From the NCBI RefSeq assembly GCF_009914755.1, contig NC_060932.1: a DNA stretch of 64,000 bases. One strand, written 5' to 3'. The translations under genes were made by a program, and so were the position numbers. Shown here piece after piece: positions 1-16,233 of this stretch (position 1 is the first letter of the stretch; the number at the start of each line of letters is the position of its first letter). This DNA comes from the human T2T-CHM13v2.0 reference genome, Homo sapiens. The notes below the pieces were generated by a model, which saw only the letters and a program-made list of their open reading frames with translations, was not told the origin of the DNA and did no database searches.

Positions 1-277
1 CCTGGGCTTGGGCTTGACTCCCAGGTCCGCCATCCAGGTTCCCGGGCCGGTGCTGTTCCCGCCCCCAGCTGCCTTCTGGGCCCAGCCTCCACTTTCAGCA
101 GACCCAGCACTCAGAGGCTTCCTGGGGCAGCTGCAGCCCCTCCACAGTGGCCCAGGTGCCCCCTATCCCAGCGGAGGCCCGCTATGGCCTCTGACCCCCA
201 AAGCCTCAGCCTTGGACAGGTGGCTCATGGAGCTCCAGGCACAGAGAAGGCCCTGGAGGACGCAGCTGGGGTGGGGC

Positions 278-380
278 GACACTCTGGCTGGGTTTTGCAG
301 TGGGTCCCTGGTGACACTCTGGCTGGGTTTTGCAGTGGGTCCCTGGTGACACTCTGGCTGGGTTTTGCAGTGGGTCCCTG
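278..380. repeat. 35-bp tandem repeat, ~3 identical copies (GACACTCTGGCTGGGTTTTGCAGTGGGTCCCTGGT), in GSDMD intron 1
   Basis: Copies at 278-312, 313-347 and 348-380 (last copy 33 nt), read directly. Confidence 0.9.
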
Positions 381-726
381 CGCCACGCTCAGGAGGTGAC
401 AGCTTGTTTCCTCCCAGCCAGAGGCAGCCATTCTAGTGGACAGAGCCCTCTGTGTTAGAGCAGGTCTGGGCGTCAGGCCTCACTGTCCCTGGCTGGAGGT
501 GCTCATGGTACCGTAGACAACAGGGAGAACACTATAATTCTGTGTTGGGGAGGGCCGGGGACAGAAGCTTTCTGCTAGTGGGAGCATCCCAGGATGAGCT
601 GGGCAGGGCTGTTCTGGAGGGAAGGAGTCCCCCATCATGGGAGACATCCAAGTACTGACCCTTCTCCCACTCCCTCCCGCCCGCCCCGAGAGCACAATGC
701 CTGACCCATTTCCCCTCCTCAGGAGC

Positions 727-3700
727 ATGGGGTCGGCCTTTGAGCGGGTAGTCCGGAGAGTGGTCCAGGAGCTGGACCATGGTGGGGAGTTCATCCCTGT
801 GACCAGCCTGCAGAGCTCCACTGGCTTCCAGCCCTACTGCCTGGTGGTTAGGAAGCCCTCAAGCTCATGGTTCTGGAAACCCCGTTATAAGTGTGTCAAC
901 CTGTCTATCAAGGACATCCTGGAGCCGGATGCCGCGGAACCAGGTGCCTGATGTGGTGCTGAGGCAGAGCCCCAGGGAGGCTGGATGGGAGAGGGGAGCG
1001 GGCTGGGGCCAACCATCCACTGGGCTCTGCAGCCTCTAGCTCTGGGCCTCTCTTCCAGAGGCCGGGGCCTTTCCAAAGGTCCCTCTGCCCTGGGGCTGGG
1101 ACAGGGCTGGTGGGGGCGGGGGAGAGGCGGGGCGCTGGGCACAGCCTCAGGTCTGGCCTTGCTTTAGACGTGCAGCGTGGCAGGAGCTTCCACTTCTACG
1201 ATGCCATGGATGGGCAGATACAGGGCAGCGTGGAGCTGGCAGCCCCAGGACAGGCAAAGATCGCAGGCGGGGCCGCGGTGTCTGACAGCTCCAGCACCTC
1301 AATGAATGTGTACTCGCTGAGTGTGGACCCTAACACCTGGCAGACTCTGCTCCATGAGAGGTGGGCCCGAAGAGGGCAGGGCAGGGCAGGGCCCCACCCA
1401 CCCCAAGCAACCCTGCTTTTATTTATTTATTTATTTAAATTATTTTTTGAGGTGAGGTTTTGCTGTCTCGGCCAGGGTGGTCTTGAACTCCTGGCCTCAA
1501 GCAGTCCTCCTGCCTCGGCCTCCCAAAGTGCTGGGATTACAGGGGTGAGCCACTGTGCCAGGTCCCAGCCTTGCTCTTGGGAAGGTCACAACCTTGGGGC
1601 ATCAGGAAAGTCCCAGAGGCAAAAGAGCGCTGTGGCCGGAACCAGCTTGCAGGAAGGAAGCTGCAGGGGTCATCTGGGGCCTCCGCTGCCAGGACTGGAT
1701 CCTAAGGACCAGACTGAGCCCCAGGCTGCTGTGAGGACAAGGGGTGGTGTGAACACGGGGGCCCAGGTGAGGGGGCCGCACCTCGAGTCTGGACTTGGAG
1801 TCCCCGAGTCCACCTTTCCTCATGGGGTCCCGTCCCCGTGGGGAGCGCACGGAGAGGCTGCCGGTGCCCCGGCACCCACAGACCTCTGGAGGGCCCCTCT
1901 GCACCACCTCCCCCGGTGGCGTGGGGCTGTCAGGGGAGGGAAGACGCCTTCAGGGGCTGCGGCCCAGCGAGCTTTGCTGCTCCTCGGACACAGGCACCTG
2001 CGGCAGCCAGAACACAAAGTCCTGCAGCAGCTGCGCAGCCGCGGGGACAACGTGTACGTGGTGACTGAGGTGCTACAGACACAGAAGGAGGTGGAAGTCA
2101 CGCGCACCCACAAGCGGGAGGGCTCGGGCCGGTTTTCCCTGCCCGGAGCCACGTGCTTGCAGGTGTGTAGCCAGCCCCGGGCCACGCCTGGCCCCCCACG
2201 TGGGCACGCGGCGGCGGGTGACGGAGGCGGCGGGCTGGGCTCCGCCAAGGCCCCTCGGAGCAGCTCCCAGCCCTGCGCTTGGCTGCGGAGCCGAAGTCAC
2301 CTGGCGGCGGGCCTGCCCCCGGCACCCGGCCCGCACCCGCACCCCACGGCCCGGTGCCAGGGCCCAGCCCCGAGCCCATCTCCATGCCTCAGGGTGAGGG
2401 CCAGGGCCATCTGAGCCAGAAGAAGACGGTCACCATCCCCTCAGGCAGCACCCTCGCATTCCGGGTGGCCCAGCTGGTTATTGACTCTGACTTGGGTGAG
2501 CTGGAGTTGGGGGTGTCTCGGGCCCAGGCCCTGGCAGAGAAGCAGGGAGGCCTGGGGAGAGCTACCCGCCAGCTTGGGCTGCCGTGGGCCCCTGGCTGAA
2601 CAACGTCCTGTGTCTGGCAGGTGGCTGAGGTCCTGTGCTCTGGTGTGTGGGTGATTGGGCAGGGCCTGAGCTGGACAGGGGAGCTCCTAGTAGGGGAGGG
2701 GAGGGGATGCTGGGATCTAGGTGACATGCCTGTCCCTGTCTGCTCCCGTCTGGCTGCCAGACGTCCTTCTCTTCCCGGATAAGAAGCAGAGGACCTTCCA
2801 GCCACCCGCGACAGGTGAGAGCCAAGAGCCCCCAGCATGGGGTGTCCGGTGGGAAAAGCACACTCCCTGGGCAGTTGAGGCCTTCTCCTCATGTTCTCAG
2901 GGCACAGGGAGGCCGGGCAGCCCCCTGAGGCGGTGGGCACCCCCCATACACACACAAGGGGCAACACAGGACAGCTGACCCTGGGCCTCCCCAGCCTCCC
3001 TTCCTGCCCTGGGCTGCCAGTGTTGGCAGTGGTGACCGGGGCTGTGACGGCCTGGGGAAGGCCTCAGCCCTCTCTGGCTCAGACACCCTTCCCCGGCACT
3101 GACCAGCCCTGCCCTCCCATGCCCCTGCCCAGGCCACAAGCGTTCCACGAGCGAAGGCGCCTGGCCACAGCTGCCCTCTGGCCTCTCCATGATGAGGTGC
3201 CTCCACAACTTCCTGACAGGTCAGTGCCCTCCTGACCGCCCCGGGGACCTTTGGTGGGCTCTCCTGCCCCCTGGGGTCTGCCTGTCCTGACCGAGGCTTT
3301 CCAGGGCCCTGTAAGCACCTGGGCAGTGCCAGCCCTTCTGTCCCTACAGATGGGGTCCCTGCGGAGGGGGCGTTCACTGAAGACTTCCAGGGCCTACGGG
3401 CAGAGGTGGAGACCATCTCCAAGGAACTGGAGCTTTTGGACAGAGAGCTGTGCCAGCTGCTGCTGGAGGGCCTGGAGGGGGTGCTGCGGGACCAGCTGGC
3501 CCTGCGAGCCTTGGAGGAGGCGGTGAGCGGGGGAGGGTGCCCGGGGCACACAAGGCCTGCCCAGCCAGCCAGACTCACCTGCCCTTCCCGTGCCCACAGC
3601 TGGAGCAGGGCCAGAGCCTTGGGCCGGTGGAGCCCCTGGACGGTCCAGCAGGTGCTGTCCTGGAGTGCCTGGTGTTGTCCTCCGGAATGCTGGTGCCGGA

Positions 3701-4295
3701 ACTCGCTATCCCTGTTGTCTACCTGCTGGGGGCACTGACCAGTGAGCGGCCGCTGGGGGCAGGTGGCGGGTGGGAGGGAGGGAGGTGGGCTTTCCCGGTG
3801 GGCCTTCAGAAACCCCCTTTTACCTGACTCTCTCCCAGTGCTGAGTGAAACGCAGCACAAGCTGCTGGCGGAGGCGCTGGAGTCGCAGACCCTGTTGGGG
3901 CCGCTCGAGCTGGTGAGAGGGTTGGGTTCGGGCTGCAGGAGGATGGGCTGAGCCAGTGGAAGGGGCCCTGTGGCACCTGGGAAGGGGTGGTATGGGCAGG
4001 CACAAGAAGCCCAGATTTCCCCATCTGACTCACTCCTGCCCTGTCTTGGCAGGTGGGCAGCCTCTTGGAGCAGAGTGCCCCGTGGCAGGAGCGCAGCACC
4101 ATGTCCCTGCCCCCCGGGCTCCTGGGGAACAGCTGGGGCGAAGGAGCACCGGCCTGGGTCTTGCTGGACGAGTGTGGCCTAGAGCTGGGGGAGGACACTC
4201 CCCACGTGTGCTGGGAGCCGCAGGCCCAGGGCCGCATGTGTGCACTCTACGCCTCCCTGGCACTGCTATCAGGACTGAGCCAGGAGCCCCACTAG
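727..4295 (+). CDS. GSDMD: Gasdermin D, pyroptosis pore-forming protein, 484 aa
   Basis: Coding exons 727-943, 1168-1360, 1994-2162, 2393-2495, 2761-2814, 3133-3219, 3350-3522, 3600-3741, 3839-3912, 4053-4295. All introns GT-AG; total 1455 nt. Starts [17 protein letters not shown], has C191 (2154-2156) and the FLTD275-G caspase site, ends LSGLSQEPH. Confidence 0.98.
1418..1570 (-). mobile_element. Alu monomer (FLAM/AluJ-like) in GSDMD intron 3
   Basis: T-rich tail followed by CTCGGCCTCCCAAAGTGCTGGGATTACAGG..GAGCCACTG. Confidence 0.85.
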
Positions 4296-4429
4296 CCTGT
4301 GCCCGGGCATGGCCTGGCAGCTCTCCAGCAGGGCAGAGTGTTTGCCCACCAGCTGCTAGCCCTAGGAAGGCCAGGAGCCCAGTAGCCATGTGGCCAGTCT
4401 ACCATGGGGCCCAGGAGTTGGGGAAACAC

Positions 4430-4435
4430 AATAAA
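4430..4435 (+). terminator. GSDMD polyadenylation signal AATAAA
   Basis: AATAAA 135 nt after the stop codon. Confidence 0.85.
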
Positions 4436-5283
4436 GGTGGCATACGAAGGAAAGGCTGGTAGCAGAGTTTTTGAGGGGTCCTGGATCTGGGGTAGGGTGG
4501 GTAGGGGTGGGGACAGTACCCATGCATGATCAGGAGGGACATCAGGGCCAAGTGCAGGTGATGTCTGCATTGCCCGGCTTCTTTTGCACCCTGGAGCTAA
4601 GGGGAGCCCCATGCTGGGCTTGGCCGCTCTCTAGAGTAATGGGCCCATGGCCCTGCCCACCCCTGCCTGTGTGTTTCTCTACCTGTGAGGAAGGGCAGGG
4701 CGATTTAGGTGAGACAGTTCCACCAGGCGTGTCCGTGGCTGAGGCATGGCAGGAACCTCTGCTTCAGGGAGCTTGAGGCATGTGCTGAAGGGTGTAGCCA
4801 TCCTCGGCCCACAGGGGCTTTAGGGGTGCAGGTGTGACTGATGACAGGCCCTGCCCTCCTGGGGCCACACAGGAGGTTCCTGGGGAAGCAGTACTAAAGA
4901 AACTGACCTTTGGTACATTTCACCCACATCTGCTTGCCTGAGCTAAGAGCCTGGAGAGAGGAGGTCTCCGGCCTGTGGGAATTAAGCAGGTCCAGGGTCA
5001 CATCCAGTTGCTTACTTGCAGGAGCTCAGCAGCTGTGGCCTCCACGTCCAGGGAGGGACACGCAACACTTGACGTGGCCGGGGAGTGATTGTTCCTGGGA
5101 GAGTGGACAACCTTCCTTGGTGGGGACCAGTCTACCTGCACATGGTCGCCAGCCTTCCCCACTTCTGTCAGGGCACACAGTGGCCACACAACTTGCAGAG
5201 CTTGCAAAAGAGAAGGAACAGTGGATTTGGCTACAACTGGGACATTAAATCCACCAGAAAACCTGGTATCCAGGCCCAACAGT

Positions 5284-5286
<3 letters not shown>

Positions 5287-5315
<29 letters not shown>

Positions 5316-5980
5316 GAGACGGAGTCTCTCTGTCGCCAGGCTGGAGTGCAGTAGCGTGATCTCGGCTCACTGCAACCTCCACCTCCCACAATTCTCCTGC
5401 CTCAGCCTCCCGAGTGGCTGAGACTACAGGAGCACACCACCACACCCAGCTAATTTTTGCATTTTTACTGGAGACGGGGTTTCTCCATGTTGGCCAGGAT
5501 GGTCTCGATCTCTTGACCTTGTGATCCACCCACCTTGGCCTCCCGAAGTGCTGGGATTACAGGTGTGAGCCACCGCACCCAGCAGACTTTTTTTTTTTTT
5601 TTGAGATGGAGTCTCGCTCTGTCGCCCAGGCTGGAGTGCAGTGGCGCCATCTCGGCTCACTGCAGGGGTTTCACCGTGTCAGCCAGGATGGTCTCGGTCT
5701 CCTGACCTCGTGATCCACCTGCCTCCGCCTCCCAAAGTGCTGGGTTTACAGGCGTGAGCCACCGCGCCTGGCCTTTTTTTTTTTTTTTTTTTTTTTAAAG
5801 AGACAGGGTCCTGCAATGTCACCCAGGCTGTGTAGTGGGACAATCATGGTTCACAGCAGCCTCGATCTCCTGAGCTCAAGGAATTCTCCCGCCTCAGCCT
5901 GCTGAGTAGCTAGACGATAGGCACATACCACCAGTCCTGGCTAATTTTTTCATTTTTTGTAGAGATGGGGTATTGCTATG
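5287..5980 (-). mobile_element. Three tandem antisense Alus: full-length 5287-5583, internally deleted 5588-5773, partial AluJ-like 5774-5980
   Basis: Three poly-T tails, each followed by Alu consensus sequence. Confidence 0.9.
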
Positions 5981-7602
5981 AATAGTGACATTAACATTGA
6001 AACAGGAGACAAAACAAACTCCAGTATCTCAGATCCAAGTTACAGAATCTCCTAGACACTCCTACCCACAGTGTAGGAACAAACTCAACGCCTCTCAGAC
6101 TCATGGTCCTCCTTTGAAAACCCTTTCGGGTGACTTGAAAGGGTGAGTGGGGTGGGAGTAGCCCGGGTCCTAGAAAGCATTTGGAAAGGCAGGCACACAA
6201 GGCACAGCCTCGGGGCCCTGAGACCGGCAAGGCCATGCCATGTGACAGGCCACACCTGAGCCCCATCTTGAGAGCTGCACCACCAATGAGCTCTCTGGCA
6301 ACATGGCCCGTTAGAGATTGTTTGGGCATCCAGGCCAAGACTGTCCCGGCCCACTGGCTGGAGGTGGAAAGGGAATGAGTGTCAGGGTGCATCTGCCCTC
6401 TTGCCCTCCAATCTTAGACCCCGTTGGAATATTTGCCCTGGGGTGGGCTCTCTGCAGGTGGATCTGATGGACCCTGGGGACACAGCATCCCCATGGAGGG
6501 ACCAGCCCACTGTGCCACCTGGAGCCTCCCAGGAATTCCAGCAGGGAAGAGTCACACTCTAGAGGCCATGTGGACTTTGCATGAATCTCACTCCTGGCAG
6601 GGCAACCAGGTTCTGGGCAGTGCCAGAGCAAGGCGGGGCTGGACACACTCCTAACAGGGAGCTGTATGGGGCAAGCCCGCCTGCGCTGCACACAGCCTGC
6701 CGCAGGACGGCGCGGACTCTCCCGGGCACCATGAGGGAGGGGGAGGAGCGCAGGGGTGCTGCCTGCCCACCACAGCCAGCTCCCCGCCTCAGCCCCCATC
6801 TGGGGTGAGCGTGGCATCACTGTTGGGTTTGCCCACCAGACTGTCCAGCGTGCTGTGGGGTGTGGGCAAGCCTGTGCTAGGTGGGCAGCACATGCTTGCC
6901 CTGGGGCCTGGCTCCTGGTTGCAAGGTGAGCAAGGAGGCCGGGCTTGCTTCCCTCTTTGGGGCTGCTACTGAGACGATCCATGTGGCTGTGTCCCGAAAC
7001 CCGTCCCCGCCAGTGCCGAGGGTGTGCCCCCCATGGGTGCTCCTAGCCCGTCCTGGGAGGTGCGGACCTCGGACAGATGGCTGGTTTGAGAGCTTCCTGA
7101 AGGCTAGCACGGACGTCCATGGGGCTTCCGTCTATCTGACCTTCACTGGGCATCTGGTGGCCTCTGGCCTCTCTGGCCTCTTTCTCTCGATCTGTTTCTG
7201 GTATGTTGAATCCCGGTTTGGTATCTGCTGTGGAGGCTCCAAACTCATCCACCAAACCTTGCCCCTGACTCCACGAAGACCCGGGCCCTTCACCTGATCC
7301 TCAGCTTCCTGCATATGACCTGCAAAGAGACACTCACCCCGGTGCTGACAGCTCTAACCCCATCCATTCCATGCCTGTTAGACCAGAGCGCAGCTTCTCT
7401 GTCTTAGGATTAACCCAGCCTGACCTGGCCATAGCCTGTGCCTGGAGCCTGCCTGACCTTTAACCCTGCTGCCAAACTGACTCTACCTGGGGCCATATCA
7501 GGGACTATGGCCTATTACCCCAGCCTGAGCCAGATCTTGGACCAGGGTCAGCTCCCATAACCACACTCAAAACAGATGCCCAACGCTTTCCATCCACGTG
7601 TG

Positions 7603-7608
7603 TTTATT
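7603..7608 (-). terminator. MROH6 polyadenylation signal AATAAA
   Basis: TTTATT on the + strand, ~1 kb past the MROH6 stop. Confidence 0.7.
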
Positions 7609-8633
7609 TTAGATGCTTTCTGTGTGGGAGCTGGGGAGACAGGTCAGTAGGACCCCACGCCTGTGCCTGAGGGGCCCCAGTCTGGGCAAGTGGTCCCAGC
7701 CCTTCACAAGGCTGCACACACTCCCTGTGCACTCGCAGAGGCTTCTCTGAGGAGGAGGCTGTGAAGGAGGCCACGAATGCAAGGACATTTCCAGGCAGGC
7801 ATCCTAGGTGCAGGGACCTGCCGCCCAAAGCCAGAGAGGTGAGGTCACAGCATCAGTAGCTCCCAGGGCAGCCTCTTCCTCATGTGTCCAGTGGCGCGTT
7901 CCTCATTCAGCCCTGGGAGAGGTGTTGGGGTAGTGTCACAAGTGCTCGGTCTGATTGGGCGTGCACACGGGACCCCTACATCTGGACCCCCAGGTGTGAT
8001 CTGGGGCCTACGTGGTCCAGCTTGGGAGGACGCCGGGGCCAGCTTCTGGAGAAGGCCAGGCTCCCATGAGGCCTGACATAATGAACAGGGGGTGATGATG
8101 GCCTGGCTGAGAGGGCACAGCAGGTGTGGCCGGGAGACAGGTCAATAATTTTGAGCAGAGAGGATGCCCGCCAGGAGCCTTAGGATGCTGGCAGGGAATG
8201 GGGTGAGGGATGAGGATCGGGGGTGCAGCTGCAGGGCTGGCCAAGGCCCGGACAGGCCACAGCGTCCTGTCCAGGCATGAGGTGGAGACCCAGGAGGGCA
8301 GGCTATGGGACCACCAACTTTGGGGTCCCCCAGCAGACTCAAGAGGCCAGGTGCCATCTGGGCCAGGAGCCAGGCCCAAGGTTGGGGCATGGGGCATGCT
8401 CCAGGGGGCTGTGAGAGCAAGAGCCCTGACGGGGACAGATGGGTGCTGGCTGTCCCCCTCTGTCACCATCAGGGTGGCGGGTGCCTGAAGAGGGGTCACG
8501 GGGGTGGGGGGTGGGGGAGGGCATTGGCGTCCAGCACCAGGCCCAGGGAGCCCCTCCGTCAGGGCGGGGACAGGCTGCTATGCGCGTGGGGTGCCCGAGT
8601 CGGACCCTGGCCCTCGGGCCCCAGCCCCGAGCC

Positions 8634-14218
<5,585 letters not shown>

Positions 14219-14759
14219 CTAGCGTGAGCTTGCGGGGGCTGGGGAGCCACACGGACGTGCCTACAATGGGCCTTTGAGGGGCCCTCCTGCCTGGGCTGCT
14301 GGAGGGGAGTGGCCACCTGCAGCCTGAGTGCCTGTGGTGTGGCTCTACCCACCAGGGCCCTGAGAACAGGATCCCCAAGAGCTGGCAGATCCACGAAGAA
14401 AGGGGGAGAAGGGCCCCCACCCTGACTACCAGCCCCTGTTGACCAGGGAGCTCAGGGCAGTTGTGGACAGCTCTGAGGAGGTCCTCGCAGGGTCCAGGAG
14501 TCTGGGCCCCACCCTGAGTCGAGGCCTGATTCAGCCCCCAAGCAGCAGTCAGCTCCCCACTGGGCCTGGGGCTAGGGGCTGGCCCCGCCCCCTGCACGCT
14601 GGCTCCGCCCCCTGCACGCTGGCTCTGTCAGACACCTTGCAACAGGCATGACTGGGTGAGCTTGGGGCAGCCCGGAGGTGTGGAGGGGGCAGTGAAGACA
14701 CCAGAGGAGCGGTGGCCCCTCCAGAGCTTGTGCAGGCCCCTCTGGGTCCTGGGTCCTTG

Positions 14760-15092
14760 GCCAAATCTCATGTTGAAACGTAATCCCCAGTGCTGGAGGT
14801 GGGGCCTGGTGGGAAGTGATTGGATCCTGGGGGCAACTTCCCCCTTTGGTGCTGTTCCCATGATAAGACTTCTCAAGATCTGGTTGTCTGGAAGTGCGTG
14901 GCACCGCCCCACCCCTTCCTCCGGCCATGTAAGACCTGCCCGCTTCCGCTTCCACCAAGATGGTAAGTTTCCTGAAGCCTCCCCAGCCATGCTTCCTGTA
15001 CCTGCAGAACCACAGGCCAATTAAACCTCTCTTCCTTAGAAATTACCCAGTCTCAGGTATTTCTTTACAGCAGTGCAAGAACGGAAGAATAC
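14760..15092 (+). mobile_element. MaLR solo LTR (MST/THE1-like)
   Basis: CCAAATCTCATGTTGAA..AATCCCCAGTGCTGGAGGTGGGGCCTGGTGGGA near the start, and the typical end CCAATTAAACCTCT..AATTACCCAGTCTCAGGTATTTCTTTACAGCAG..AATACA. Confidence 0.85.
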
Positions 15093-16233
15093 AGCCACTC
15101 TGGCTGGGCCCCTCGGAGTGCGCGGGTGCCCTGGGGGTGCCTGGGGTGTGGTGTGTTCTGTCCAATGTGTGTGAGTCTGTATCTCTCTCCTAGCTCGTAC
15201 TCCCCGGGGCTGGCTGGACTGGGCCTCTGCTCCAAGTCCCCACCCTCCACCCTCAGCCAACCACACAGTGGTGCTGCCCACCCTGAAGCCCGGGGAGCCA
15301 GGTGAGCTGGTCTGGTGGAATGCCTGGGCAGACGGAAGTGCCCCAGGCGGTCAGCATTCCCCCCACACCCTTGCCTGTCTGTGCCACCTCAGGCTGCTTC
15401 GACAAGAGAGGCCCAGGCCCCCAGCCTCCACTTCCTGCCAAGCCTAGAACCTCTCCCCCAAGCAGTTCCTCTTGAAGCTCACGTTGCCCAAACTGGCGGA
15501 ACCCTGAGATCAGGAACTTGCTGGTGCAGAGGCAGGGCCAGCCCAGCACAGCCACGTGCAGTGCCACTCTGGCCAGGTGTCTGGGGCTGAGTCATCTCCT
15601 GGAGCTTCAACTTCTTCCCCATTCTTCCTCTCCTTCCGTGGGCTGCTGGGTCAGGAGCTGTGTCCCTGACGCCAGATGCCAGGGTGGTGCTGGGTTGGCA
15701 GCAGCAGTGGCAGGAGACACCTGAGCACTCCCTTTTGACTTGGGGAGTTTGAGACGTCTTCACTGACCCTGAGCCTGGGGGGCAGTGCCTAGGCAGGCGT
15801 GGGAGCCCAGGGCCACGGCTGGACCCTCTTACCTGGCACTACCCCCAACCCTGTCCTGTCCCCAGCCTGCCTCTAGCAAGGAAAGGTCTGCAGCAACTCC
15901 CTCAACTCCAAGGCAGACACCAAAGCCCTCCCTGCCTGTGGCTTTGTAGTTCTAGTGTGGGATCTGACTCCCCACAGCCTACCCAAAGCCGGGGAACTCC
16001 TCACTGCCCTTCGGGCTTCAGCACAGGGCTGTCTCCCACGCCGGCAGGGCCTGTGCTTTCACTGGGATGCAAATCTTCCTGCTACCTCGAGCTCAGATTC
16101 CCGACTCCAGCCCAGCCGCAGCCCGGGAGGCGCAGCCCGTGGGCTGGGTGAACAAACGACACAAACAACACAGGACAAGCTGTGGGGAAAAGTGAGTGAT
16201 TCGTGTTGTTTCCAGTCAGCCCCGCTCCGAGTC

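Noticed and set aside
278-380. 35-bp repeats as a CRISPR-like array
   Set aside because: Units abut with no spacers, there are no cas genes, and the context is human.
5588-5773. Alu lacking its central ~110 bp
   Set aside because: Ordinary internal deletion with no sign of function.
4860-7300. Possible decayed ERV internal sequence between GSDMD and MROH6
   Set aside because: Composition is suggestive, but I could not identify LTR ends, a primer-binding site or gag/pol motifs; needs RepeatMasker.
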